DNA of 64,000 nucleotides, taken from assembly GCA_965215125.1 (NCBI GenBank), contig OZ244052.1, positions 1,472,001 through 1,536,000 of the forward strand. The letters are read 5' to 3'. Shown in pieces: positions 1 to 9,431 of this stretch. How positions within the stretch are numbered: position 1 is the stretch's first letter; each line of letters opens with the position of its first letter. The DNA comes from an uncultured candidatus Porisulfidus sp. (GTDB lineage: Bacteria > Pseudomonadota > Gammaproteobacteria > Poriferisulfidales > Oxydemutatoraceae). The position numbers and the translations under genes are program-made. The notes beneath the pieces are model-generated. The model saw only the letters and a program-made list of their open reading frames with translations. It was not told the DNA's origin and ran no database searches.

Positions 1-384
1 CGCTAAATCGCTGCCCCATCCTAGACTCAGCTTTGTATTCTCGGTTATAGACCAGTCTAGAGATAATCGTCCTCTGGGAATATGAAAACGCTCAGTGTCG
101 GTACCGGGCGTCGGGAGACTAAATACGCTGGTTGCATCTTCGCCGGCAATAAAGTCTCGGTTGTCGTGTCCTTGGAAAAAATCTGCTTGTGCCTCCATAG
201 AACCTTTGAGTATAAAGTTACCCTCCCCGAGTTCTATGCCTTGCCCGCCGCCGTGAGTAGGTTTCGATGTTGCGTACAACGGTAGCGGATTATTCGGTTG
301 GGCGTAGACCCAGTTACTATAAGACGAAAAGTATACCAAGATGAATGGTATAACAGTAGATGATAAGATTTTGAATTTAAACAT
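1..384 (-). CDS. Partial CDS (runs off window start): signal-peptide protein, probably an outer-membrane beta-barrel/porin
   Basis: Not in the ORF track; read by hand. ATG at 384 follows a G-rich RBS and the frame stays open to base 1: MFKFKILSSTVIPFILVYFSSYSNWVYAQ...ERFHIPRGRLSLDWSITENTKLSLGWGSDLA. It has a signal peptide and amphipathic beta-strand patterns. Confidence 0.7.
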   Translation of the reverse strand, partial: MFKFKILSSTVIPFILVYFSSYSNWVYAQPNNPLPLYATSKPTHGGGQGIELGEGNFILKGSMEAQADFFQGHDNRDFIAGEDATSVFSLPTPGTDTERFHIPRGRLSLDWSITENTKLSLGWGSDLA

Positions 385-489
385 GTTCCCCCCCTTATGT
401 TTATGATAAGAAATTTACCATAAACATGAAGATATTACAAAAATCAAGCTATCATATACAGTTCTTGCTAATCACTTTGGGTAAATACA

Positions 490-1320
490 ATGGAAAAATT
501 TAAATGCGCTGCACTGCAAATGAACAGCAGTTCGGACTTGTCGGATAACTTAAAACGCTGTGCAGACTTAATCAAACAAGCGGTTGATCAAGGTGTACGT
601 TTAATCGTGTTGCCCGAGACTTTTGCCTTTATGGGAAAATCTATAAAAGCACAGTTGGATATTGCCGAGGAGCAGGGACAAGGCAAGATACAGGATTTTC
701 TTTCTCACCAAGCGGCACAGCATCAAATATATTTAGTGGGCGGTACGGTGCCTACGCAGATAGAGGGGGAGGCGCGTGTTTATGGGACATGTCCGCTTTA
801 TGACGACAAAGGTGAGTGCATGGCAAGCTATAAAAAAATACACTTGTTTGATGTAGATCTGCCTGAAAAAGCTGAAAGCTATAGAGAATCGTCTGTTTTC
901 AAGCCGGGGTCCGAAGCGGTCGTTGTGCAGACACCGTTGGGTCGCATCGGACTTGCGGTTTGCTACGATTTGAGGTTCCCCGAGTTGTTTAGACTAATGC
1001 TTTTGGAAGGTACCGAGATTATTGCGTTTCCTTCTGCGTTCACCCAGCATACCGGCAAAGCGCATTGGCATTTGTTACTACGCGCCAGAGCGGTGGAAAA
1101 CCAAGCGTGGGTTATCGGCGCGAATCAAGTAGGCAGGCATGCAAACGATCGCAGTACTTATGGACATAGCGCGATTGTAGAGCCGTGGGGACATATTGTA
1201 GCCGACGCTGAGGGAGATACCGAACAAGTGGTAATCGCCGAGATAGATTGCGAGCAACAAGTGAAACTGCGGCAGAGTTTTCCTTGCTCGCAACATCGCA
1301 GCATAAAGGTGTCTTTTTGA
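490..1320 (+). CDS. Carbon-nitrogen hydrolase (Nit1/deaminated glutathione amidase family)
   Basis: Catalytic triad motifs LPE, YKKIHLFDV and CYDLRFPE, plus RARAVENQ and GHSAIVEPWG. Confidence 0.93.
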   Translation: MEKFKCAALQMNSSSDLSDNLKRCADLIKQAVDQGVRLIVLPETFAFMGKSIKAQLDIAEEQGQGKIQDFLSHQAAQHQIYLVGGTVPTQIEGEARVYGTCPLYDDKGECMASYKKIHLFDVDLPEKAESYRESSVFKPGSEAVVVQTPLGRIGLAVCYDLRFPELFRLMLLEGTEIIAFPSAFTQHTGKAHWHLLLRARAVENQAWVIGANQVGRHANDRSTYGHSAIVEPWGHIVADAEGDTEQVVIAEIDCEQQVKLRQSFPCSQHRSIKVSF

Positions 1321-1322
1321 TT

Positions 1323-2255
1323 TCAACAAGTGCTGTTGATAAATCTCCGCGCCAAATTGAAATCCATTCTACGACGATAGCGTCCGTCTTCCCGTATGCC
1401 CTTGAAGGGAGTGAGAAAAATATCCTCCGTATTGTATCTGAATGACTCTATCGCATCGTTTAATTTTTTAATCAATACCGATAGCTTTCCGAAGTCTCCG
1501 CTTATGCGCGTGATGAATCTAGACGAGTGTTTAATCCGATAGTCTTTTATATCGTCGGCATCGCAGAACCTGATGCTGGGTTCTTTGGTATTGTCAAAGG
1601 ATATAAACCCCAATTTGCCGTTCGGATCGTTGAAACGCACTCGCCGATCCTGTTTGCGCTCGGGTAATTGCTCTTTGAGCGTATTCAGCATCCCTATGTG
1701 GTCATTGCCGTAATAGATTGAGACATCGTCGCTTGCCTTAGCATTAAATAGTGCAAGACATACGGGGTTTTCGGTATCGTTGAAAATCGTGTCGTGTAAA
1801 AGTATGTAGCTACCGAGTCGTTCTCTAAACAGTCCGCTTTGCAGATAGCTCGCAGGGATCAGCACGGCTACATCTTTGCAGTTGTTTAGACATAATTCCA
1901 AGCAGTGTTTATAGAGGTCGTCGTATTTTGTTTTGGGATAAGGTAAGCCTCTGCGGGTTGCCGAGTTCCGCGCCAGCCATGGCGGATTAGTGATACAGAC
2001 ATCGTACCCTTCAGGGAAACGAGTTATCGTGTTTCTCTCTCTAACCTTCTTGTGGTTTGGTTTGATATCGTAGGAGATAAATTCTCTACACAGCCCTAAA
2101 TCAATCAGTGTATCTATGATGTGATTGGCACCGGCAAACGGTTCTAATATACGAGTTTGGGATATGTTCGCCCGCTTTGCCCATCGTTTGAAAGGCTTTA
2201 ATACGAAAGGATTGCCCAATGTATAAAACCTACCTTGCGCCCGTTTTGAATCCAT
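1323..2255 (-). CDS. Putative DNA amino-methyltransferase (N6-adenine type), orphan
   Basis: SAM-binding motif LEPFAG followed by YDI, and catalytic motif ITNPPW. Confidence 0.7.
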   Translation of the reverse strand: MDSKRAQGRFYTLGNPFVLKPFKRWAKRANISQTRILEPFAGANHIIDTLIDLGLCREFISYDIKPNHKKVRERNTITRFPEGYDVCITNPPWLARNSATRRGLPYPKTKYDDLYKHCLELCLNNCKDVAVLIPASYLQSGLFRERLGSYILLHDTIFNDTENPVCLALFNAKASDDVSIYYGNDHIGMLNTLKEQLPERKQDRRVRFNDPNGKLGFISFDNTKEPSIRFCDADDIKDYRIKHSSRFITRISGDFGKLSVLIKKLNDAIESFRYNTEDIFLTPFKGIREDGRYRRRMDFNLARRFINSTC

Positions 2256-2331
2256 GCTTTTAGATAATCATATAATTGGGTATTGTGGCAATAGAAAAAT
2301 ACAATGTCAAATACCGATAGCCCTATTGTGC

Positions 2332-3777
2332 TTATGAAATCGGTAATCCTTTGCCGCGATTTAATATATCGTCGGGGTCTAGTACGGCACCGAGTTGTCG
2401 CATCAGTTCTATGGTATGGGGATCTAGTTCCTGCTTGATTAGGTCGCGTTTACTCAGGCCTATACCGTGTTCGCCGGATAGGCTTCCGTTGAGTTTTAGT
2501 GTCAATGCAAATAACTCGGCGAGTGCTTGTTGTGCGTTTTTTTCTTGTTCGGTGTCGTAGAGGATATTGACATGTAGATTGCCGTTGCCGGCATGCCCGA
2601 AATTGACCATGTCTATGCGGTTTTGTTCGGCGATCATATCCAATCCGCGCACCAAATCGGGCAGTGCGGATATCGGCACCACGATGTCCTCGTTGATTTT
2701 GCACGGCTTATAGTTTCTCAACACCGGCGATAACTTTTTTCTGGTTTCCCATAGGGTCTCGCTCTGTCGGGGATCGCTTGCGTGCAATGTGGCATGTAAT
2801 CCTTCGTTTGCCGCCGCTTTATGTATTGCGTCGATCGCGTGTTCCACGGTGGCTTCACCGCCGTCGGCTTCGACGATCAACATTGCTTGTACCTCGGTTG
2901 CAATATCAAGGTCGGTATGATTTTTTAATAATTCCAAGCATTTATGATCCATTAATTCCAGCGCACACGGTGTTTCGTGTTGCGCCATGATGTCGCATAC
3001 CGCCTGCAGTGCGGTTTCCACCGAGCGATAATCCAAGCGCATGCAATGTTTATGCGGGGGCAACTTACCGAGCTTTAAGATTGCTTCGGTGATAATCGCA
3101 AGCGTGCCTTCGGAACCGATGAGTAATCTAGTTAAGTCAAGTCCGACGACGCTTTTGCTGGTGACGGAACCGGTCCACAAAGTCTTCCCGGCACCCGTGA
3201 CCGCTTTGAGTTTCAAAGTGTTTTCGCGTGTTGTGCCGTATTTCACCGCCCTAGGTCCCGCTGCATTGCAAGCTAAGTTTCCGCCTAGTGTGCAGAACTC
3301 TGCACTGCTCGGATCCGGCGGCCAGAATAATTGTTCGGTTGCGCAATAATCTTGTATCGCCTGATTACTAACACCGGTTTGTGCGTGTAAGGTGCGATTG
3401 ACTGTGTCTATCTCTAAAATGCGGTTCATACGCTCCATGCACACTACGACACCGCCGTAAATAGGTACCGTAGCACCCGTTGTATTCGTACCGCGACCGC
3501 GTGGCGTGATAGGCAAACGGTGCGTTCTACACAAGCGGACAATTTCAACGACTTCATCGTGTGTTTGCGGCAAGACTACTGCTGCCGGTTGAGCGTACTG
3601 TTTGCTGTTATCACATCCATAAGGCAGACAATCGGCGGCCTTATGAAGCACCTGACCGTGTTGCCGGCAGATTGCCTCTAGCTGTGATATGTGTTGATCG
3701 TCTAAAGCGACGGGAGAGTCGGGTTGTATTTGATTTTCCATAAATTGGATGAATGAATGTATAAATCGTGCAGGCAT
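2332..3777 (-). CDS. FAD-linked oxidase, GlcD/D-2-hydroxyacid dehydrogenase family (likely start at 3741)
   Basis: Motifs RGRGT, PPDPSS, GGNLACNAAG, VKYG, GSEGTL, GHAGNGNLH and SGEHGIG. Confidence 0.88.
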   Translation of the reverse strand: MPARFIHSFIQFMENQIQPDSPVALDDQHISQLEAICRQHGQVLHKAADCLPYGCDNSKQYAQPAAVVLPQTHDEVVEIVRLCRTHRLPITPRGRGTNTTGATVPIYGGVVVCMERMNRILEIDTVNRTLHAQTGVSNQAIQDYCATEQLFWPPDPSSAEFCTLGGNLACNAAGPRAVKYGTTRENTLKLKAVTGAGKTLWTGSVTSKSVVGLDLTRLLIGSEGTLAIITEAILKLGKLPPHKHCMRLDYRSVETALQAVCDIMAQHETPCALELMDHKCLELLKNHTDLDIATEVQAMLIVEADGGEATVEHAIDAIHKAAANEGLHATLHASDPRQSETLWETRKKLSPVLRNYKPCKINEDIVVPISALPDLVRGLDMIAEQNRIDMVNFGHAGNGNLHVNILYDTEQEKNAQQALAELFALTLKLNGSLSGEHGIGLSKRDLIKQELDPHTIELMRQLGAVLDPDDILNRGKGLPIS

Positions 3778-3787
3778 AACGCGTTAC

Positions 3788-3813
3788 GGGCGGACATGCA
3801 AGTCCGCCCCTAC
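3788..3813 (-). repeat. REP-like palindrome (module C), GTAGGGGCGGACTTGCATGTCCGCCC
   Basis: 5' GTAG followed by a GGGCGGAC/GTCCGCCC hairpin. Identical to 54851-54876 and near-identical to 63218-63243. Confidence 0.85.
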
Positions 3814-3849
3814 CACTCTATGAAATACTTTTTCAACAGTCCCAAGTTC

Positions 3850-4113
3850 CTACTGTGCGACCGTCAACACGACACTTGCCAAGAACACGCCGATAATTGA
3901 GGTCATTGCGACGATGCTCCCGATGAATAATGCAACGCCCCACTTACTAATGTCTGCGCGGAGTTCCGATTGGGCTGCTTTTACTTCCGCTATTTCGGAT
4001 CTTATCTCAGCCTTGAAGTCCGACATATCGGATCTTATCTCGGCCTTGAAGTCTGATATGTCAGATTTTATTTCAACTATCATTTCGTATAGTTTTTCGT
4101 TGGTTATATTCAT
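3850..4113 (-). CDS. Small coiled-coil protein with C-terminal TM helix (DUF1640/CCDC90/Bdr-like)
   Basis: 11-aa repeats (KAEIRSDMSDF) encoded by a 33-bp tandem repeat starting at 3995, 4028 and 4061. C-terminal KWGVALFIGSIV TM segment. Paralog of 23758..24249. Confidence 0.75.
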   Translation of the reverse strand: MNITNEKLYEMIVEIKSDISDFKAEIRSDMSDFKAEIRSEIAEVKAAQSELRADISKWGVALFIGSIVAMTSIIGVFLASVVLTVAQ

Positions 4114-4263
4114 CTCTTTTCTCTTATTGTTAAATTATAAATAAACATCTTGCTAAAGCAAGGTGTGCTATAGGAGAAACAGTATATTCCGGTGCTTATT
4201 GGGCACGATTCGGCAGACTGACGAATGGTAGCTAAAAACCGACGAACGGGATAACGGTATATT

Positions 4264-4614
4264 CTAGGTCTCGCTGGGTCCGTCAAATGCCCCGACAATC
4301 CACTGTGGTTTTGCTTTGCTCTGAATAGCAACAATATCAAAACGGCACGGTCCATCCCACGGATGTGCTTGTAAATAGCTCTCGGCAGTATTCGCAATCC
4401 GAGATTGTTTATGACGGTCAACGCTTTCTGCAGCACTCCCGTAATTATCGTGTTTGCGATAGCGCACTTCAACGAATACCAGAATATCTTTATCTTGCAT
4501 AATCAAATCTATCTCGCCGTGCCGAGAGCGATAATTGCGTGCAAGAAGTTTAAGGCCGTGTCGTTTTAAGTATTTAAGTGCAAGATCTTCGGAGTAGTGC
4601 CGTCGTCCGTCCAT
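4264..4614 (-). CDS. yraN: YraN family protein (UPF0102)
   Basis: Motifs RNYRSRHGEIDLIM, LVFVEVRYR and CRFDIV; conserved rsmI-lpoA-yraN synteny. Confidence 0.93.
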   Translation of the reverse strand: MDGRRHYSEDLALKYLKRHGLKLLARNYRSRHGEIDLIMQDKDILVFVEVRYRKHDNYGSAAESVDRHKQSRIANTAESYLQAHPWDGPCRFDIVAIQSKAKPQWIVGAFDGPSET

Positions 4615-4615
4615 C

Positions 4616-6475
4616 TTAGTATTGCTCGCGAACCAACGCAACGGGTTTTCCTTTATTAAATTTCGCCCAGTTCAAACGTCTATGCAGACGGCGATTTTCA
4701 TCTGCCGAAATATAGCCGGTTGCCCCGTGGAGTTCGGTACTGCTAATTGAAATTCGTCGTATCGTGTTGATCAATCGGTATGCATCTTTACCTAGTGCAT
4801 ACAGTCTAGGAAGTTTTTTGACCTTATCACTATCCGGGTAGCGCACGCGATCAACGATAAAAGGAATATCGTTATAGATTAAGCCGTCGAGTTCGCGCAA
4901 CAAGTCTTCTTTGCCCGGTTCATAGGCGTGCGACGACGCATAAACCGGAAGTTCGTCGGCATAATAAAACTTCATCAAAGGGTAGATAAGAACTGCGTTT
5001 TGATAGTTGGCGAATAACACTGCGGCGTTAATGTCGTCTCGTATACGCGGCTTGAAGTCCAATTTTTTCCCTACAACCCGTTCTATATCGGTATACCGTT
5101 GTATGCTTTGATTTAAGTCGAATAGCGACTGCACGCTGGGTGCATAATCTTCAAACTCGGTATCGTAATAATAGACCTCCTGTATCGTACCTTCCAGCTG
5201 CAGGTATACATCGGAGAATCGGCGCACCATGCGCTTGCCCCATTCGTTATCGGCAGCCATAACTACGACCGAGTTATATTTTTTGTCCAATAGTTTTTTG
5301 GCAATTTGTTCGGCTTCGTCTTCCGGATAAAGCCCGAATTGAAAAACTTCGCCTTTCGCGATGTGTTTCGCATCGCTTGCATAATTGAGTGTGATGGCGG
5401 GTGTCGGTAGCGGACTATGCTTTAACAATGCGTCAACATTCTTTTTGAGCAGTGGTCCGATGACCATATCGGCTCCTTTACGGGTAGCTTCTTGATAAAG
5501 TTCAACGATATTCCGATTTTGGTTTGAGTCGTAGATATCAATCTGCATTTCCTTTTGCGAGACGGTCGGTGAAGTATTTTGAGCCTCTTTTTGCGCAGCC
5601 AGAAAACCGTCTTTGATCGTTCTGCCGATGTTTGCATACCCACCGGTCAAAGGCAAGATCAGGGTAATTTTTTCGGGATTGAAATCAAAGTATGCCCAGC
5701 GTGAGAGTAGCTCATCAAAGGCGTAATCCGGCACTTCCAAGAGGCTGTGTTCGTCAACCCAAAGTTGATAATCCTGCTCCAGTCGGGTTGTGTCTATTTG
5801 TACCGGAGTTGCCAGCAGTGCGAGTTCAAGCCACGCCCTGAGTTCTTGGTTTGCCTCCTCGCTTGCTAGTCGTTCACGGGCATCTTCGGGATTTATAGCA
5901 ACCACGGTTTGCCAAATTTTGTCGGTGTTCGGTGAGTATTCGTCTTCACTCAAGAATTTTTTGATTCCTATATAGGTAGTCAGACTTTCTATATACCTAC
6001 GAGTATTTTTCAAGCCGTCGGCGCGCAACATCAATGCTTCTTTTTTGAGCACATCGTCGCCTTCGTCTATTAATGCTTCGGGCAATAGTGAGACTACCTT
6101 CTCGGGTTGTTTGATTTGTCTATAGAAAGTGGCAGTCAAAATTCTTTTATCGAGTACGGCTTGAGGTTCCAGTGCCTCTTCGTTTATTGCGATTAATTGT
6201 TTGTGGGCATTCAATAGATGTTGTCCTTTGATCAACATTCGGGAACTCTCTAGTTGCATTTTTTCTTTATGCGGTGAAGGCAGGTTGGCTGCAGCCTTCC
6301 ATAACACTTCTGCTGCCTGTAGATAGCGAGCTTCGTCTGCCAAGTTTTTTGCTTGAACATAGACATAATTCACCTTAATTTCATCTATAGGGTTGAGGCC
6401 GTGCAACTGAATATCGGCGCAACCACTTAGCAGCAACCCGATTAAAATAATGACAAAGTGTTTCTTATATTGCAT
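4616..6475 (-). CDS. lpoA: Penicillin-binding protein activator LpoA (lipoprotein)
   Basis: Start at 6475 gives the lipobox LLLSGC. Motifs ILPLTG, IGPLLK, PEDEA, RLYALG.DAY and GATG; divergent from rsmI. Confidence 0.88.
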   Translation of the reverse strand: MQYKKHFVIILIGLLLSGCADIQLHGLNPIDEIKVNYVYVQAKNLADEARYLQAAEVLWKAAANLPSPHKEKMQLESSRMLIKGQHLLNAHKQLIAINEEALEPQAVLDKRILTATFYRQIKQPEKVVSLLPEALIDEGDDVLKKEALMLRADGLKNTRRYIESLTTYIGIKKFLSEDEYSPNTDKIWQTVVAINPEDARERLASEEANQELRAWLELALLATPVQIDTTRLEQDYQLWVDEHSLLEVPDYAFDELLSRWAYFDFNPEKITLILPLTGGYANIGRTIKDGFLAAQKEAQNTSPTVSQKEMQIDIYDSNQNRNIVELYQEATRKGADMVIGPLLKKNVDALLKHSPLPTPAITLNYASDAKHIAKGEVFQFGLYPEDEAEQIAKKLLDKKYNSVVVMAADNEWGKRMVRRFSDVYLQLEGTIQEVYYYDTEFEDYAPSVQSLFDLNQSIQRYTDIERVVGKKLDFKPRIRDDINAAVLFANYQNAVLIYPLMKFYYADELPVYASSHAYEPGKEDLLRELDGLIYNDIPFIVDRVRYPDSDKVKKLPRLYALGKDAYRLINTIRRISISSTELHGATGYISADENRRLHRRLNWAKFNKGKPVALVREQY

Positions 6476-6533
6476 CTGTATATACTCATAGAAAGAGAAT
6501 TTATTTTCGCCGATTGCTGTTATTCTACTATAC

Positions 6534-7370
6534 ATGAAAGCCGTAGACGCCGAAGGCATATTGTATATCGTCGCAACGCCCATAGGTAATCTAGCCGATC
6601 TTAGTTTTAGGGCTGTGGAAGTGTTGCGCGAAGCTGATTGTGTGTTATGCGAGGATACCCGCACCAGTTCCGTTTTATTAGCGCATTATCAAGTCGGCAC
6701 CCCCAAATTGAGTCTGCATGCGCATAACGAAGCCCAACGGTGTAAATCTCTGATTAAAAGGTTAAAACAAGGACAGCGGCTGGCCATGATAAGCGATGCC
6801 GGCACTCCGTTGTTTAGCGATGCCGGGCATTTGCTTGTCGCTGCGTGTCATCGCGAGCGGATCCCGGTAGTGCCTATCCCGGGTGCGAATGCGGTTGCTG
6901 CTGCGTTGTCGTGTGCAGGTTTTGGGTGTGATCGCTTTGTCTTCGAGGGTTTTTTGCCGGCGCAGCGCATTGCGCGCGTCAAACACTTGCAGAATCTGAA
7001 GAGGGAAAATCGTATCATGGTTTTTTTTGAAGCACCGCATCGGATTATTGCTACCATCAACGATATGATAGAAGTTTTCGGAAAAGAACGCACTGCTTGT
7101 TTAGCCAAGGAACTTAGTAAAATTCACGAGCATATCATTCGTGGTAGTCTGTCCGACATCGAACGCTGGCTGTCCGAGTCCGAAAAACAAAGCAAAGGTG
7201 AGTTTGTTATACTATTGGATGCTTGTGTATCAATGCCCGAAGCGGAAATCACCATAAAGGTTGAAGATTTAGTGCGGATTTTATCCGGACATTTATCGCC
7301 CGGTAAAGCAGCTAAGGTCGCTGCAACGCTAAGCGGGATGCCTCGCAAGCATTTATATTTTAAGAAATAG
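6534..7370 (+). CDS. rsmI: 16S rRNA (cytidine1402-2'-O)-methyltransferase
   Basis: Motifs LYIVATPIGNL, CEDTR, SDAGTP, FEGFLP and ELSKIHE. Confidence 0.96.
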   Translation: MKAVDAEGILYIVATPIGNLADLSFRAVEVLREADCVLCEDTRTSSVLLAHYQVGTPKLSLHAHNEAQRCKSLIKRLKQGQRLAMISDAGTPLFSDAGHLLVAACHRERIPVVPIPGANAVAAALSCAGFGCDRFVFEGFLPAQRIARVKHLQNLKRENRIMVFFEAPHRIIATINDMIEVFGKERTACLAKELSKIHEHIIRGSLSDIERWLSESEKQSKGEFVILLDACVSMPEAEITIKVEDLVRILSGHLSPGKAAKVAATLSGMPRKHLYFKK

Positions 7371-7387
7371 GTATTTAGGAACACGAA

Positions 7388-8116
7388 ATGAACAATACAA
7401 GAACTCAATATTTTAGATTTTTGAAGTCTTCGAACAACCGACAAAGTGGTCCTAAACTTTGTTTAGTTTCGTTATTGGCGTTGCTTTTAATGCAGCAGAG
7501 TATTGTTGCCGAACAACCTCAACCGCATCCCATTATTGATAAACCGGTACCGGGTTATACGAGATCCGAGCGACTTTCCGAGATGACGCTTGAGCAACTG
7601 CTAAAACTCAGAGACGAGTATGCGGCGGAAATGAAAACCTTGAATAGCATCGTTACAAAGACGCACAAGAACGACCGGTATCTAATTGATAAGCTCCTCG
7701 CCTACGACCGCGAACGGTTGCGTATCATAGAAGTTATTCCGGTTTTGATTAAAGACTACGATATACAATCACCTTTCAGCGAATCGTTGCTCCGTTATGC
7801 ACAAACTTTTGAAAATTTGGACAAGCAGTATAAAGGGAAACTCAAAACACTGGAAGATTATCGCTCTTATGATTTTCGTTTGGGGATGGCATATATGTCG
7901 ATGATGGCATCTTTACAAGAGCAGGCGGATCTATACCAAAGTCTGCACGCCGATATGGAAAACGAAGATACCGCTATCGGTGCGTATATCAAACAACTTA
8001 ATATTGCTTATGCGGAAGTGGAAAAAGCAAGCGACGATATAGTTGAACTCAATACGATACGCCATCTAAGCCGAGAGATTGAGCGTATAGAACAGGAACT
8101 GAACAGCCGTCGTTAA
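7388..8116 (+). CDS. Hypothetical exported alpha-helical/coiled-coil protein
   Basis: 242-aa ORF with a hydrophobic signal-like segment (LCLVSLLALLLMQQSIVA). No family recognised. Confidence 0.6.
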   Translation: MNNTRTQYFRFLKSSNNRQSGPKLCLVSLLALLLMQQSIVAEQPQPHPIIDKPVPGYTRSERLSEMTLEQLLKLRDEYAAEMKTLNSIVTKTHKNDRYLIDKLLAYDRERLRIIEVIPVLIKDYDIQSPFSESLLRYAQTFENLDKQYKGKLKTLEDYRSYDFRLGMAYMSMMASLQEQADLYQSLHADMENEDTAIGAYIKQLNIAYAEVEKASDDIVELNTIRHLSREIERIEQELNSRR

Positions 8117-8117
8117 T

Positions 8118-8984
8118 TTATTTGAGAAGAGCACTCGCACGGCTGTAGATTTCTTCGGCATCCAAAACCAATTCGTTATGCTCAAACAAAGCCGCTATAC
8201 ATGCGCGCTGTAATTTGAGCTTCAATGCACCGACCGCAAGCCCACCGAAGATGGTGTAGCGGTTGTGGTATCGCACCTTAGAGTCCATCATATTTATTCC
8301 CTCTATACCCAACGGTGGTTTCGTATTGACATCGACCATCGCTTCTAAAGTCGGGTGGGTTTGCCACTGTGCCGCCGCTAGCAGTTGTACACCGGTTTTG
8401 CCGGCGCAGAATACGATGTGTGCACCGTCCAGTGCGGCATCGGTGCTTTGATTATCGTTACATTCGCAAGGCTGCAATTCAATACGGTATTGTTTGTCGG
8501 CAAGCTCGCAGGCTTGTTCGGCACGAACCAGTCTGCGTGAAGTAAGCCGCACCGCTTTAGCACCTGCTTGAGCCAACATGACCGCCGCGCGTTGTCCGAC
8601 CGGTCCGGTACCTGCCAACACTGTTACAATTTTTCCCGAGAGCATATGATGTTTGGCTAGCAATGCAACACCGGCTGCCGCCGTAGTATTGCAACCGCAG
8701 CTATCCAACATAATGGAAACGCGAAATCTATCGAAGAATTGTGCGCACACGGTTTCCTTTAAGGATTCGCCTTTATCCAAATCACTGCCGCCGATCATAA
8801 TCGCAGTGTTATGTTTATGCTTAGGCGGGCGCGTGTAGATGGCACCCTCTACGACCGAAGAGCATTTATCGGCTGCGATTTCGGCATAAGAAATCACATT
8901 GTCAACACCGGCATCGAAGGCGACGACGGCATCGAAGGTACTGGCGATTGAGTCGGTATCTAAGTAAATTAGTATTTTCTTCAT
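8118..8984 (-). CDS. mtdA: NADP-dependent methylene-tetrahydromethanopterin/tetrahydrofolate dehydrogenase
   Basis: Co-linear with Methylorubrum MtdA as recalled: DTD..S.FD, GAIYTR, FRVS.MLDS.G.NTTAAAGVAL, LAGTGPVG, PPLGI.GI and LKLKL.RACIA.LFE. Confidence 0.88.
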   Translation of the reverse strand: MKKILIYLDTDSIASTFDAVVAFDAGVDNVISYAEIAADKCSSVVEGAIYTRPPKHKHNTAIMIGGSDLDKGESLKETVCAQFFDRFRVSIMLDSCGCNTTAAAGVALLAKHHMLSGKIVTVLAGTGPVGQRAAVMLAQAGAKAVRLTSRRLVRAEQACELADKQYRIELQPCECNDNQSTDAALDGAHIVFCAGKTGVQLLAAAQWQTHPTLEAMVDVNTKPPLGIEGINMMDSKVRYHNRYTIFGGLAVGALKLKLQRACIAALFEHNELVLDAEEIYSRASALLK

Positions 8985-9040
8985 ATCTGATATCCGCAAA
9001 CAGCCTATTTTAGACTATAAGCGGTAGGTAATAAAAGCTA

Positions 9041-9068
9041 TTGACTTAGGCTTAAAAATATGTAGACT
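9041..9068 (+). promoter_or_regulatory. Putative sigma70 promoter of the T3SS cluster
   Basis: TTGACT-N16-TAGACT upstream of an AAGGAGG RBS and the ATG at 9115. Confidence 0.45.
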
Positions 9069-9114
9069 AGTGTAAAGCACACTAGTGCATAACTAATTAA
9101 CAAAGGAGGGGGAA

Positions 9115-9396
9115 ATGAACGAAAAACAATTAAACGATCAAATCAAAGAGGGGGAAGCCTTAGTCGCAAGAGCCTCAAAGTTAGTGGCAGACCATAATTC
9201 GCTTTACGAAAAGGCTGGCATTGGCGACAATCTTATAGACGAGATTCTAGTTAACGATAACTTTAATTCGGAGTTTAAGGATAAGATAAGAGAGGAACAT
9301 GCTAGAACTATTTCCGAAATGGAATCACAATCCAGATCGGATACTCAAACCGGAGAAAATAAAATTGCCTCTCGTAGTGGTGTTACTAAGATATAA
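9115..9396 (+). CDS. Small helical T3SS-associated protein, possibly a filament chaperone (SseA/CesAB position)
   Basis: Strong RBS and first gene before the EspA/SseB-like pair. Function inferred from position only. Confidence 0.5.
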   Translation: MNEKQLNDQIKEGEALVARASKLVADHNSLYEKAGIGDNLIDEILVNDNFNSEFKDKIREEHARTISEMESQSRSDTQTGENKIASRSGVTKI

Positions 9397-9431
9397 CATC
9401 ACCGGTTGCATCATCAAATAAAGGAGGGAAC

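Noticed and set aside
82-285. 67-aa plus-strand ORF
   Set aside because: It is antisense to the better-supported partial CDS at 1..384.
6476-6664. N-terminal extension of LpoA
   Set aside because: It overlaps rsmI on the opposite strand. The lipoprotein signal begins at 6475.
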